Shown here piece after piece: positions 46,001-55,482 of a DNA stretch of 64,000 bases. Made by a program: the position numbers and the translations under genes. Numbering within the stretch: position 1 is the first letter of the stretch; every line of letters starts with the position of its first letter. Under the pieces are notes generated by a model, which worked only from the letters and a program-made list of their open reading frames with translations, searched no databases and was not told where the DNA came from. The DNA comes from Thermoanaerobaculia bacterium (GTDB lineage Bacteria; Acidobacteriota; Thermoanaerobaculia; Multivoradales; JAGPDF01), in the NCBI GenBank assembly GCA_017998715.1, contig JAGOCP010000002.1, positions 5,429 through 69,428 on the forward strand. The letters are read 5' to 3'.

Positions 46001-47012
46001 GCTCGCACCGGGCTCGGATCGCAACCCGCGGGTGTCGCGGCCGGTGGTCTACGGCCCGCCGGCGGTTGCCATCCTCGACCTGCCGCAGCTCCGCGAGGGA
46101 GCGGCCGCGCACCAGCCGCTGGCGGCGGTGCACGCCGTGCCGTGGCCGGGGCGCATCGCCGCCTGGACCAGCCCCGGCGAGGACGGCTTCACGCTGGCGA
46201 CGACGCTCGGCCGGCCGGCGCGGATGGGTCGACTGGTCTCGCCGCTCTACGCTGGCCCGACCTCGCGCTTCGACCTCGGCAACGTCGCAATCGTCGATCT
46301 CGTCTTCGGCACGCTCGCCAGCGTCACCGACCTCGCGCTCTTCGCCGGCGCCAACGCGCTGGCGCTGGAGGCGAGCCCCGGCGTCTGGGAGGTGCTGCAG
46401 GCCGGCGTCGCCGAGCTGATCGCGCCCGGCCGCTACCGGCTCTCGCGGCTGCTCCGCGGCCAACGCGGCACCGAGGGCGCGATCGGCAGCCCGGCGCCGG
46501 CCGGCGCGCGGGTCGTCGTGCTCGACGAGGCGCTCGTATCGCTGCCGATCCCGGAGGCGGCTCTCGGGCTCGAGGCCAACTGGCGGATCGGTCCGGCGTC
46601 GAAGCCGGTGAGCGACCGAGCCTACCGGCAGGTCGCCTTCACGCCGGAGGGTGTCGGTCTGCGACCGTTCTCGGTCGGCCACGTCCTCCAGCCGTGGCGA
46701 ACCGCGCGCGCGCCCGGCGATCTCGTCATCGCCTGGACCCGACGATCGCGGGCTCTCGCCGCCGACAGCTGGACCGCAGCCGAGGTCCCACTCGCCGAGG
46801 AGCGAGAGGCCTACGAGGTCGAGGTCCTCGACGGCGCCACGGTGCTGCGGAATCTCGGCACCGGGACGACCAGCGTGACCTACACCGCGCCCCAGCAGCT
46901 CGCCGACCTCGGGGCGCTGCTCGGCCCCGGCGGTACGCTCGATCTTCGCATCTTCCAGCTCTCCGCCCTCGTCGGGCGGGGCGCGCCGGCTTCCGTCACC
47001 CTGCAGCTCTGA
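43035..47012 (+). CDS. Host-specificity / central tail fibre protein (GTA gp15-like, with glycoside-hydrolase TIM-barrel-like domain)
   Basis: 1325 aa. N-terminal Gly-rich membrane-interacting segment, then conserved blocks (RLPQLSFEVFRP, GLRRMILHYAHLCAAAGGVDAFLIGSELRG, FTEIGCPAVDRGPNQPNVF) characteristic of gp15/host-specificity proteins. Confidence 0.9.
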   Translation: MASIILAAAGTAIGGSVGGSILGVSAAAIGGAVGSIAGAAIDSWLIASMAPTQRIAGQRLDTLQITSSTEGAVIPRVYGAMRTGGNIIWATDFREETATTRQGGGGKGGGGGGGTEVTEYFYFASFAVALCEGPITGIGRIWADGKILSRDGVTLRLHRGGEDQEPDPFIASRMGTANTPAYRGTAYVVFEELPLERFGNRLPQLSFEVFRPILDGESAESLVRAVTLIPASGEFAYATEIVRHEGGDGETWAENVNAEPDVADLSVALDRLEACAPKVESVSLVVAWFGDDLRAGHCRIRPGVEVSAKATTPENWSVDGVSRASAHLVSRDAEGRPAYGGTPSDSAVVQAIRELKARGYRVTFYPFILMDVPRDNDLPDPYSDGASATGQPTYPWRGRITCSAAAGYAGSPDKTAAAGTQVAAFFGGAQPSDFDVDDERVDWDGDPGDWGLRRMILHYAHLCAAAGGVDAFLIGSELRGITQIRSGASSYPAVAELIDLATDVRLILGFGTKLSYAADWSEYFGHHPQDGSGDVYFHLDPLWADDAIDFVGIDNYMPLADWRDGLDHLDAESADAITDLAYLRGNVEGGEGFDWFYASTSDREAQVRTPITDGAAGKPWVFRTKDIRSWWSNPHRHRPGGVESSSTTAWIPESKPIRFTEIGCPAVDRGPNQPNVFYDPKSAESFLPYFSRGWRDDAVQRRFLEAALGYWAEPANNPSSSIYGGRMIATAETAAWTWDARPYPAFPARSDVWTDADNWRLGHWLNGRLGAVSLGSLVRELCRRAGLPDSQIDASDLSDVVHGYFVTAIESPRASIAPLARHFGFDAVESEGVIRFQPRDRRPVATFGLDDLVAASDADAEVIELVRAQETELPEALKWQLVRSDEEYDAMSVEARRATGAALRVTAETFAIATPAGDAERRCRRALLEEWVGRETASFRLPPSRLALDPGDVVRLDHDGRLSALRLTSVADAGPRAVEAVRTDASAYGLAPGSDRNPRVSRPVVYGPPAVAILDLPQLREGAAAHQPLAAVHAVPWPGRIAAWTSPGEDGFTLATTLGRPARMGRLVSPLYAGPTSRFDLGNVAIVDLVFGTLASVTDLALFAGANALALEASPGVWEVLQAGVAELIAPGRYRLSRLLRGQRGTEGAIGSPAPAGARVVVLDEALVSLPIPEAALGLEANWRIGPASKPVSDRAYRQVAFTPEGVGLRPFSVGHVLQPWRTARAPGDLVIAWTRRSRALAADSWTAAEVPLAEEREAYEVEVLDGATVLRNLGTGTTSVTYTAPQQLADLGALLGPGGTLDLRIFQLSALVGRGAPASVTLQL

Positions 47013-47019
47013 GCGGTCA

Positions 47020-48924
47020 ATGTCCGACACCAGCACCCATCTCCTGCTGCCGTACTTGCTGGCGGCGCAGGCGCAGAAGCACATCACCGTCAACGAAGCG
47101 CTGAGGCTGCTCGATGGCCTCGTCCAACTCGCCGTGCTCGACCGGCACCTCAGCGCGCCACCGGCCACCCCGGCCGACGGCGCCCGCTACATCGTCGCCT
47201 CCGGGGCCACCGGCGCCTGGTCCGGCTGGGACCTCAACGTCGCCTATTGGGTCGACGGCGCCTGGATGCGGCTGGCGCCGCGACCGGGCTGGCAGGCCTG
47301 GGTCGTCGACGAGGCGAACTTCCTTGCCTGGAACGGCAGCGCCTGGACATCGGCGGGGCTACCCGCCTTCTTCTCCGACGCGGTGTTCGAGCTGGCTCAC
47401 GATGGCGACCCGACCCGGCGAGCGGTGTTCGACCTGGCAGCGATCGCTGCCGGGAGTACCCGCAGCTTCGCGCTGCCCGACGTCTCGACCGAGCTCGCCG
47501 GGCTCTCTGGCGCGCAGAACTTCACCGGCGACAAGACCTTCGCCGGCGCGCTCGAGGCGAGCGGTCCGGTCGCGACGATCGGCACGGCACCGGGCACAGC
47601 GACCTATGGCGTCGGCACCGGTGCGACCGCCTCAGGCGCCATCAAGACGGTGAACCTCGGCACCGGTGGCGCCGCCGGCTCCGACACTGTCGTCAACATC
47701 GGCTCGGCCACGCCCGGCGCCGACGGGGTCATGGTGATCAATACCCCGACCGTCACCTTCGCCAACGGCGTCGCGGAGGTCGGGATGCCCCAGGCCAACC
47801 TGACCGCGCTCCTGCTCGGCCTCGGCGGCGCCGTCGCCGACGCCTGGAACCGGCTCTCGGTGAACACGCCGGCGGTGCTCTTGAACAACGCCGGCGCCGG
47901 GATCGAGGCGACGGTCAACAAGGCGGCGGCCGGCAACGACGCCGCCTTCGCCTTCAAGACCGGCTTCAGCGCCCGGGCGTTGTTCGGCCTCCTCAGCTCG
48001 GACGATCTCACCCTCAAGGTCAGCCCGGACGGCACGGCCTACTTCGATGCGCTGCGCGTCGACCGCACCAGCGGCCGGGTCGAGCTGCCGAAGCCGGCGA
48101 TCCTGCCAGCGGCAGCTAGCGCCCCCGCTGCGCCGGCGTCGGGCAAGCTCGCGCTCTACGCCCGCAGCCGCGCGGGCCAGCCTTGGCTCGACGCGATGCG
48201 CCCGAATGGCCGCGACTTCTCCCTGCAGCCGCATCTCGGGCTGGCACGCCCGGCGAACTGGCTGCCGTCTTCGGGCGCGACGATCAACACTGAGGGCATG
48301 TCGAACTCGACGGTGGGCACCGTCTCGACGCCGGGGATCGCCGCCGGCTCGCTCGCCAACAGCATGCGCCGCTGGCGGCTGACTTCGGCGGCAACGGCGG
48401 ACTCGGCGTCGGACCAGCGGAGCGGCGTCTTCACCTGCTGGCGCGGCAACGCCGCCGGCCTCGGCGGCTGGACCTTCGTGACACGGATTTCGCTCGCCAC
48501 GCTTCAGGCGACCGGCACGGCGTTCTTCGGCCTCTACGGCTCGACAGCGGCGCTCGCGACCACGCTCGCCTTGAGCGCCGTCGTCAGCTGCATCGGCATC
48601 GGTTTCCAGCGCGGCACCCACACGCGATGGCAGCTGGTGACGAACGACGCGAGCGGATCTCCGACGCTCGTCGACATGGGTGCCAGCTTCTCCATCGCCA
48701 CCGGCGGCGTGCTGACCCTGACGATAGCCGCGGCGCCGAATGCCGGCTCGATCTGGGTGCGGGTGGTCGACGAGGTCAGCGGCGCCGTATTCGAGCAGGA
48801 GGTGACCGCGGACCTGCCGGCGGCGAACCAGTTCCTGGCGCCCCGGCTCTTTATGAACAACGGCGCCACCGCGGCCGCCGTCGCGTTCGACTGCTCCGGC
48901 GCCTACCTCGAGACCGATTTCTGA
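47020..48924 (+). CDS. DUF2793-domain tail fibre-like protein
   Basis: N-terminal MSDTSTHLLLPYLLAAQAQKHITVNEALRLLDGLVQLAV... matches DUF2793, which follows gp15 in GTA-like clusters. The C-terminal region is beta-rich and repeat-like. Confidence 0.7.
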   Translation: MSDTSTHLLLPYLLAAQAQKHITVNEALRLLDGLVQLAVLDRHLSAPPATPADGARYIVASGATGAWSGWDLNVAYWVDGAWMRLAPRPGWQAWVVDEANFLAWNGSAWTSAGLPAFFSDAVFELAHDGDPTRRAVFDLAAIAAGSTRSFALPDVSTELAGLSGAQNFTGDKTFAGALEASGPVATIGTAPGTATYGVGTGATASGAIKTVNLGTGGAAGSDTVVNIGSATPGADGVMVINTPTVTFANGVAEVGMPQANLTALLLGLGGAVADAWNRLSVNTPAVLLNNAGAGIEATVNKAAAGNDAAFAFKTGFSARALFGLLSSDDLTLKVSPDGTAYFDALRVDRTSGRVELPKPAILPAAASAPAAPASGKLALYARSRAGQPWLDAMRPNGRDFSLQPHLGLARPANWLPSSGATINTEGMSNSTVGTVSTPGIAAGSLANSMRRWRLTSAATADSASDQRSGVFTCWRGNAAGLGGWTFVTRISLATLQATGTAFFGLYGSTAALATTLALSAVVSCIGIGFQRGTHTRWQLVTNDASGSPTLVDMGASFSIATGGVLTLTIAAAPNAGSIWVRVVDEVSGAVFEQEVTADLPAANQFLAPRLFMNNGATAAAVAFDCSGAYLETDF

Positions 48925-48988
48925 GCCGACCCCGGGGGGCCACCAGCCGACGCGGATCTTCGACGCTCGGCCACATTCCCGCGAAAGG

Positions 48989-49285
48989 ATGATCGTCATG
49001 ACCCCGCCTCGCCACGACGCGGCCGTCCGCCTGTCCGACCTCGAGCTCGAAGGAATGCTGGAGCGCGCCGCCGAGGAAGGCGCGCGCCGGGCGCTCTCCG
49101 ACGTCGGGCTCGGTGGCAAGGACGCCGTGCTGACCATCCACGACATGCGCTCGCTGCTCGAGTGCATCCAGTTCGTGCGGCGTACTGCGGTGCAGACCGC
49201 CGTGCACGTCATCACCACCGGCGCGCTGATCGCGCTCCTGACCGGGATCGCGATGAAGCTGCGCTGGTTCGGACCGAACCCATGA
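48989..49285 (+). CDS. Hypothetical small protein with a C-terminal TM helix (last prophage gene before the right junction)
   Basis: 98-aa ORF with a hydrophobic C-terminus HVITTGALIALLTGIAMKL. Confidence 0.4.
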   Translation: MIVMTPPRHDAAVRLSDLELEGMLERAAEEGARRALSDVGLGGKDAVLTIHDMRSLLECIQFVRRTAVQTAVHVITTGALIALLTGIAMKLRWFGPNP

Positions 49286-49813
49286 GCGCGGGGAACGCGC
49301 GAGCGGCTCTCTCGATTTCTCGAAGAGAACGTCGTGATCTTCAGCGTCGCGCTCTCGCCCCCGGAGTGCGCCGCCATCGACACGCTAGCGGTTCGCACTG
49401 GGCCACTTCGCGTATCGTGGCGCCTCCCGGTTACACCGCGCGGCCCCCTAGCTACGTCTTCATCCTCCCGCAACGGGCGCCCGTCGCCGCTCCCTACGCG
49501 ATCCGTCATCGCCACTTTTTGTTGCTTCGCACGGCCTGACGTGAGGTTCCTCCAGAGTGTGGATAGGCGCCGCAGGTTGTCCCCTTTCGGCTCCGAAGCG
49601 TGACCCTTGAATCGCGTCCCAACGTTCTGCCTTTCCAGAGGAAGTGAGGGCCGAGCCGGGATTACAGTTTGACGCTTGTGGGGGGTCACCCGGCACGCCG
49701 ATCTACACGGCAGGTGACCTTGAGCGGTCCGGCGAAGGCCCGGCCGAACAGACCGGCGGCACCGAACGCGAGGACCGCTTTGGAAGTGACGGACAAGGCG
49801 CACTCCGATGCGC

Positions 49814-51052
49814 TCACTTCGGATCTGGCGCGACGTCCCGAAGGCAAAGCCGCGCCACCGCTGTTTCCTCGCGCACGGCGAGATCGAGAGTCCAGCCAAA
49901 CCGATCTGCGACCGCACGCGCGATGGCGAGGCCAAGACCGCTGCCCGCGGAGTGGGGTCCCGCGGCGAGGCGGTCCTCGAGGAACGCGGCGCCTGGCGGG
50001 ACAGGGTTGCGGATCTCGAGACCGAGCGGTGACCTGAGGACGATGTCGACCGGGCCGGTGCCGTGCTCAACAGCGTTGCGGAGCAGGTTGCCTATGAGGA
50101 GCGCTAGAGAGTCCGCGTCCGCCGCTACCTCCATTGTCTCGATATCGCCATCGTCGAGGCGAATGCGCCCCGCAGGGTGGTCCGAGACCAGAAGGCTGAC
50201 CACCCGCACCACGTCGGCGCGTTCGGCGGTCCGGCCGGTCTCGGCGCGGGCGAGATCGAGCAGCCGCTCGACCGTCCGGCTCAGCCTCGACAGCGCTGCG
50301 ACCACTGCTTCCGCCGCCTTCGGTCCCGCCCGCCCCTGGGCGATCAGCTGGGCCTGGGCCGAGGCGACCGCGAGCGGGGTGCGGAGCTCGTGCGCGGCGT
50401 TGGCGGAGAAGTCGCGCTCGGCGGCGAGGAGCGCCTCGATCCGCGCGAGGTAGCTGTTGAGCGCTCGCGGAATCGGCAGCAGCTCCCGCGGCAGGCCGGC
50501 CTCAGAGGTCGGAGACAGGTCGGCGGCGCGCCGCCGCTCCATCGCCGCGGCGAAGGTCGCGACCGGGACAAGCGCGCTACGCACCGTCGCCAGGACGACG
50601 ACGAGCATCAGCCCGAGAAGCGGGGCGCTCAGCAGCAGCCACACCCGGGCCGCTTCCCCGAAGTCCTCCTGCCGCTTCGAGCCGTCCTCCCCGACTTCCA
50701 CCGTGATGCCACCCGGCGTCGAGACACGCGCGACGGTCCAGAGTCCCGCCGAATGGACGCCGTCCGTAGTGAGCGGCGGCCACGGCGAGGTTGGCGCAGC
50801 GTGCCCGGGAACGACGATCCGGACGGCCGCGCCCGGCTGGCTGGCGGCTTCGGGGACCTTCCCTGTCTGCTCGACCAGCCGCGCGATCGTGTCGGCTTGC
50901 TGGGACAGACCGTCGTCGGCGAGCTCGCCCATCTCGTGGCCCATCACGCCCAGGCCCGCGACGAGCACGAGGCACCAGACGAGGCCGGTCGCCACGAGGG
51001 TCCGGCGCGCGAGCCGCCCGCGCAGCGACCATCCGCTTCGCTCGCCAGACAT
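49814..51052 (-). CDS. Sensor histidine kinase (two-component system)
   Basis: Two TM segments, H-box ERDFSANAAHELRTPLA, and ATPase motifs (N box LLRNAVEHG, G boxes GSGLGLAIA). Confidence 0.85.
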   Translation of the reverse strand: MSGERSGWSLRGRLARRTLVATGLVWCLVLVAGLGVMGHEMGELADDGLSQQADTIARLVEQTGKVPEAASQPGAAVRIVVPGHAAPTSPWPPLTTDGVHSAGLWTVARVSTPGGITVEVGEDGSKRQEDFGEAARVWLLLSAPLLGLMLVVVLATVRSALVPVATFAAAMERRRAADLSPTSEAGLPRELLPIPRALNSYLARIEALLAAERDFSANAAHELRTPLAVASAQAQLIAQGRAGPKAAEAVVAALSRLSRTVERLLDLARAETGRTAERADVVRVVSLLVSDHPAGRIRLDDGDIETMEVAADADSLALLIGNLLRNAVEHGTGPVDIVLRSPLGLEIRNPVPPGAAFLEDRLAAGPHSAGSGLGLAIARAVADRFGWTLDLAVREETAVARLCLRDVAPDPK

Positions 51053-51705
51053 CAGGGGATCAGGTATCCGAGACCGCGGCGCGTCTCGATCACGGCGGCG
51101 CCGAGCTTGCTGCGGAGGCGCGAGATGTAGACCTCGACGGCATTGCCTTCGATGTCGTCGTCGAAGGCATAGAGCGCCTCCTCGAGCGCGGCACGGGATC
51201 GGACGCGTCCGCGCGCGCTGACGAGCAGCTCGAGGACCGACCACTCCCGCGCCGTAAGCCTGATCTCGCCCGCGTCGCCAAAGACGCGCGCCGCCGCGAC
51301 ATCGACCCGCAGGCCGCCGACGCTGAACTCGGTCGCGCCGCCTGCCGTGGCCCGGCGGGCCTGGGCGCGGATGCGCGCCTCGACCTCGTCGAGGTCGAAC
51401 GGTTTGACGATATAGTCGTCCGCCCCCGCATCGAGGCCGGCGATGCGATCGGAGACGCGGTCGCGGGCCGTGGCGATGAGGATCGGGGTGCGGTTGCCCC
51501 GCGCCCGCTCCCGCCGCAGCAGGTCGAGCCCGGATCCGTCCGGCAGCCCAAGGTCGAGCAGCACAGCGGCGTAGTCGGCGACGCGGAGCGCCGCCCCCGC
51601 GTCCTCCGCCGTGGCGGCGTGGTCGACGGCATGACCCTCGGCACGCAGATGGCGCACCAGGGCGTCCGCGAGATCGGGAGTGTCCTCGACGACGAGCAAT
51701 CTCAT
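51052..51705 (-). CDS. OmpR-family response regulator
   Basis: Receiver domain (MRLLVVEDTPDLADAL...LLDLGLPDGSG...K) plus winged-helix output domain (...GNAVEVYISRLRSKL...GLGYLI). One-nt overlap with the kinase gene. Confidence 0.9.
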   Translation of the reverse strand: MRLLVVEDTPDLADALVRHLRAEGHAVDHAATAEDAGAALRVADYAAVLLDLGLPDGSGLDLLRRERARGNRTPILIATARDRVSDRIAGLDAGADDYIVKPFDLDEVEARIRAQARRATAGGATEFSVGGLRVDVAAARVFGDAGEIRLTAREWSVLELLVSARGRVRSRAALEEALYAFDDDIEGNAVEVYISRLRSKLGAAVIETRRGLGYLIP

Positions 51706-51815
51706 GGCGCGACCCTACGCGACGGCAGATCCGGGCGGAAGCGCCCGGTCGTAAGCGGAGCGCAAGGTGCGCCGGCGACAGCGGCCGGGCAATCGCAAAG
51801 CAAAGGAGCACCCGA

Positions 51816-52069
51816 TGCGACTCGCGCTACTCTCCGCCTTCGCCCTCTTCGCGCTGCCGGCCGTCGCCGCCGATCGCTGCGATGTCCCGAAGGCGAACTG
51901 GCGGTCGAAGGAGGACCTCCAGGCGCAGCTCGTCGCCAAGGGGTGGTCGATCAGCAACATCAAGACCGACGACGGCTGCTACGAAGTCTACGGCAAGGAC
52001 GCCGACGGCAAGCGCGTCGAGATCTATTTCGACCCGGCGAGCTTCGAGGCGGTCGGCTCCGATGACTGA
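51816..52069 (+). CDS. PepSY-domain periplasmic protein
   Basis: Signal peptide, then WRSKEDLQAQLVAKGWSISNIKTDDGCYEVYGKDADGKRVEIYFDP is a PepSY-like fold. RBS AAAGGAG. Confidence 0.65.
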
Positions 52070-52613
52070 GCCGCGCGCCGGGGAGGTCCCGGTCTGGGAC
52101 CCCCTCGTCCGCCTCGTGCACTGGAGCCAGGCCGCGCTGATCGCCGCGGCCTGGCTGAGCGCTGGCGAGTGGAAGTGGCTGCACGAGCGCCTCGGCTATG
52201 CCGTCGCGGCGCTCGTCGCGCTCCGCGTCGCCTGGGGGTTCGTCGGGTCACGTCACGCGCGGTTCTCCGACTTCGTCCGGGGCCCGCGTGCAGTCGGAGC
52301 CTACCTCGGCGCGCTGGTGCGCGGCCGCGAGCCGCGGATGCTCGGGCACAACCCGGCCGGCGGAGCGATGATCGTGGCGCTGCTCGCCACCGTCGCCGCC
52401 ACCGCCTTCACCGGATGGTTGCAGACGACGGACGCCTTCTTCGGGTCGGACCTCGTCGACGCCGTGCACGAGGCCCTCGCCAACCTGATCCTTGCGCTCG
52501 TGGCAGTCCATGTCGGCGGCGTGCTCTTCGAGAGCTGGCGGCACGGGGAAAGCCTCGTCGGCGCGATGGTCACCGGCCGGAAGCGTGACCTCGACACCTC
52601 CGGCGGCGCGTGA
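52062..52613 (+). CDS. Cytochrome b561 / Ni-Fe-hydrogenase b-type cytochrome family membrane protein
   Basis: His-containing TM helices (VRLVHW, LGHNPAGG, ALVAVHVGGVLFES). Overlaps the PepSY stop (ATGA). Confidence 0.7.
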   Translation: MTEPRAGEVPVWDPLVRLVHWSQAALIAAAWLSAGEWKWLHERLGYAVAALVALRVAWGFVGSRHARFSDFVRGPRAVGAYLGALVRGREPRMLGHNPAGGAMIVALLATVAATAFTGWLQTTDAFFGSDLVDAVHEALANLILALVAVHVGGVLFESWRHGESLVGAMVTGRKRDLDTSGGA

Positions 52614-52631
52614 GGCGCCGCCGGTAGGCGG

Positions 52632-53333
52632 CTATCCGACGGCGACCCCGAAGAGACGGCCGACCACCGCGGTCGCCGCCATCGCGAGCGCGCCCCAGAA
52701 GGCGACGCGCACGGCGCCGCGCGTCAGGGAGGCCCCGCCGGCCGAAGCGCCGAGGCCGCCGAGGATGACGAGCGCGAGGAGGGTCGTCGCGGCGACGAGC
52801 GGCGCGATCAGCGTCGGCGGCGACACCAGCACCACGAGGATCGGCACCGCGGCGCCGGAGGCGAAGGTCAGCGCGGAGACCACCGCCGCCTGGAGTGGGC
52901 GGGCCGCGATCGTCTCCGAGATGCCGAGCTCGTCGCGCGCGTGCGCCGCAAGGGCGTCGTGCGCGGTCAGCTGGCCGGCCACCTGCGCGGCGAGCGCGCG
53001 GTCGAGGCCGCGGGCGACGTAGATCTGCGTCAGCTCCTCGAGTTCCGCCGCCGGAGTCGCCGCCAGCTCCCGCGTCTCGCGCGCGATGTCGGCCCGCTCG
53101 GCGTCGGCCTGCGAGCTGACCGAAACATATTCTCCCGCCGCCATCGACATGGCACCGGCCACGAGGCCGGCCAGCCCGGCGACCAGCACCTCGGCACGGG
53201 CGCTTCCCGCCGCCGCCACGCCGACGACGAGGCTCGCGGTCGAGACAATCCCGTCATTGGCGCCAAGGACCGCCGCCCGCAGCCAGCCGATGCGGTGGAC
53301 CGTGTGGGTTTCCGTGTGCGCGCCGCGCCTCAT
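52632..53333 (-). CDS. VIT1/CCC1-family iron/manganese transporter
   Basis: LGANDGIVSTASLVVGVA and MSMAAGEYVSVSSQ motifs with a C-terminal TM bundle. Confidence 0.75.
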   Translation of the reverse strand: MRRGAHTETHTVHRIGWLRAAVLGANDGIVSTASLVVGVAAAGSARAEVLVAGLAGLVAGAMSMAAGEYVSVSSQADAERADIARETRELAATPAAELEELTQIYVARGLDRALAAQVAGQLTAHDALAAHARDELGISETIAARPLQAAVVSALTFASGAAVPILVVLVSPPTLIAPLVAATTLLALVILGGLGASAGGASLTRGAVRVAFWGALAMAATAVVGRLFGVAVG

Positions 53334-55204
53334 GCCTGTGCCTCCGGTTGATCCGGGGAGAGAGGCCCCGGTCCCCCCGAAGCTGCGGGCTCCGGAGCGA
53401 TCAGCAACGCGCGCAAGGCGTTGAGCACCACCGCCACGTCGATCCCTTCCTGGATGAGGGCGCCCTGCACCGGCGCCAGCAGCCCGACCGCCGCCGCCAC
53501 CATGCCGACGCCGGAAAGGCCGAGCCCGACCGCCACGCTTTGCAGCGCGATCCGCCGCGTGCGGCGTGCGATCTCGATGCCGGTGCCGATCCGGTCGAGG
53601 CGATCGACCAACAGCACGACGTCCGCGGCCTCGGCCGAGGCCGCGGCGCCGCGGGCACCCATCGCGACGCCGACGTCGGCGATGGCGAGGGCCGGCGCGT
53701 CGTTGACGCCGTCGCCCAGCATCATCACCGGCCCGCGCGTGCGCTCGTCGCGCACGACCTCTGCCTTCTGCTCCGGCCCGAGGCCGGCGTGGATCGCGTC
53801 GAGGCCGAGGCCGCGCGTGACCCGTTCCGCCACCTCGACCCGGTCGCCGGTCGCGAGGACGATGCGGTCGATCCCGTCACGCCGCAGCCGGCCGATCAGC
53901 GCCGCCGCGTCGTCCCGGATCGGGTCGGCCATCACGAGGCGCCCGGCGAGCCGTCCGTCGACCATCACCCCGACGAACACCGCGCCGGCCGCGTCCGCGC
54001 TCCCCCCTTCGGCGCCGCCGGAGACAAGGCCCGGCCCGCCGATGACGATCGCGCGGCCTTCGACCCGGCCGGCCACGCCCTCGCCCGGCCGCTCCACCAC
54101 ATCGCTTGGCAGCGGGAGCACGAGCCCGCGCGCCCGCGCTGCCGTCACGATCGCCTCCGCGACCGGGTGGGTCGACGCCTGGTCGAGGGCGGCGGCGAGG
54201 CGCAGCAGCTCGTCTTGCTGCAGGTCGCCCTCGGTCTCGATCGCGACGATCCGCGGGCGGCCGTCGGTCAGGGTCCCGGTCTTGTCGAGGATCATCGTCC
54301 TGACCTGCGCCATCGCCTCGAGCGGCTTCGCCCCCTTGACCAGCACGCCGAAACGGGCGGCCCGCGACACGCCGGCGACGAGCGCGACCGGCACGGCGAG
54401 GATCAGCGGGCACGGCGTCGCCACCACCAGCACCGCCACGGCCCGGACGGGATCGCCGCTCGCCCCCCAGGCGACCCCGGCAAGCAGCAGCGTCACTGCG
54501 AGAAAGCCGAGCGACCAGCGGTCGGCGAGCCGCGCCATCGGCGCCTTCGACCGCTGCGCCTGCGCGACGAGCCGGACGATGCCGGCGTAGGTGCTTTCCT
54601 CCGCCCGGCGGGTGGCGACGAGATCGAAGGGTCCGGCGGCGTTGGTCCCCCCGCTCATCGCCTCGGCGCCTTCCGTCAGCCGGACCGGAAGGGATTCCCC
54701 GGTCAGCGCTGACGCATCGACGAAGGCCGTCGGAGAGGCGATCCGGCCGTCGACCGGGACGATCTCGCCCTGACGGATCAGCAGCCGGTCGCCGGGGGCG
54801 ACGGCATCGAGCGCAACCTCCTCGAGGCCGCCGTCCCGAACCCGGGTCGCGCTCCGCGGGACGCGGGAGAGCAGGCCGGTCATCTCGCGGCGCGCGCGTC
54901 CGACGGCGAAGTCCTCGAGAAAGGTCCCGCCGGAATACATGAGAGCGACGACCGCCGCCGCGAGCGACTCGCCGACGAGGAGCGCTGCGGTCATCGACAG
55001 CGCGGCGACGATGTCGAGGCCGACCTCGCCGCGCCGGAGGCTGCGGACGATCTCCACGACGAGCCCCGCGAGCACTGGCAGAACGCCCGCGGCCCAGGCG
55101 ATGCGCGCCGCGCCGGCCGCACCCGCGACGGCCAGCCCGAGGCCGATCGCGAGCCCGGCCAGGGCGATAGCGAGGAGGATTGTCCCGTAGCGGTCCTTCA
55201 CGTC
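53330..55204 (-). CDS. P1B-type heavy-metal-translocating ATPase lacking an N-terminal metal-binding domain
   Basis: DKTGTLT phosphorylation motif, GDGVNDAPAL hinge, TGES actuator motif (ASALTGESLPV), PC-containing TM helix (ATPCPLILAVP). Start assigned to the GTG at 55204 (start of the VKDRYGTILL... frame) because no in-frame ATG is available. Confidence 0.8.
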   Translation of the reverse strand, partial: DVKDRYGTILLAIALAGLAIGLGLAVAGAAGAARIAWAAGVLPVLAGLVVEIVRSLRRGEVGLDIVAALSMTAALLVGESLAAAVVALMYSGGTFLEDFAVGRARREMTGLLSRVPRSATRVRDGGLEEVALDAVAPGDRLLIRQGEIVPVDGRIASPTAFVDASALTGESLPVRLTEGAEAMSGGTNAAGPFDLVATRRAEESTYAGIVRLVAQAQRSKAPMARLADRWSLGFLAVTLLLAGVAWGASGDPVRAVAVLVVATPCPLILAVPVALVAGVSRAARFGVLVKGAKPLEAMAQVRTMILDKTGTLTDGRPRIVAIETEGDLQQDELLRLAAALDQASTHPVAEAIVTAARARGLVLPLPSDVVERPGEGVAGRVEGRAIVIGGPGLVSGGAEGGSADAAGAVFVGVMVDGRLAGRLVMADPIRDDAAALIGRLRRDGIDRIVLATGDRVEVAERVTRGLGLDAIHAGLGPEQKAEVVRDERTRGPVMMLGDGVNDAPALAIADVGVAMGARGAAASAEAADVVLLVDRLDRIGTGIEIARRTRRIALQSVAVGLGLSGVGMVAAAVGLLAPVQGALIQEGIDVAVVLNALRALLIAPEPAASGGPGPLSPDQPEAQA

Positions 55205-55482
55205 ACGCAACGCCTCTCCGCCCGCCGCGCCGGCACCATGCCTGCGCTTGCCGGTGGACGACCATCGCGCAGCGGTGCCTGCGCGTCGAGGGCAACGCGA
55301 CGCCGCGGAGAGAGGCCTCTGCAAGACATATCGGGGAAAGCCGCTTCCTGGGTCTCGCTTCGCCGGTCGGTGTCGCGGGCGCGCGGAGGAGCTGCCGCGC
55401 CTCCTCCATCGACCGGTAGACGAGCTAGGCATTTGGCAGCCGGCACCCACGACCGGTGCAGGGATCCGGAGCGGGCCGGGTT

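Larger units (their letters stand above)
2600..49300. mobile_element. Integrated prophage of about 46 kb: serine-recombinase cassette at the left end, lambda-like head module, GTA-type tail module, interspersed cargo genes
   Basis: A contiguous set of phage gene families from 3090 to 49285, flanked by housekeeping or resistance genes. Boundaries are approximate (left junction within 2530-3090, right within 49286-49813). No att repeats were found by eye. Confidence 0.7.

Noticed and set aside
42921-47168. Minus-strand ORFs of 800 and 583 aa
   Set aside because: Antisense shadows of the gp15-like host-specificity gene. The plus-strand protein has conserved GTA gp15 blocks.
48925-48960. CCCCGGGGGG palindrome after the DUF2793 gene read as a terminator
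   Set aside because: It is a self-complementary G/C run with no loop and no following T-tract. Insufficient evidence.
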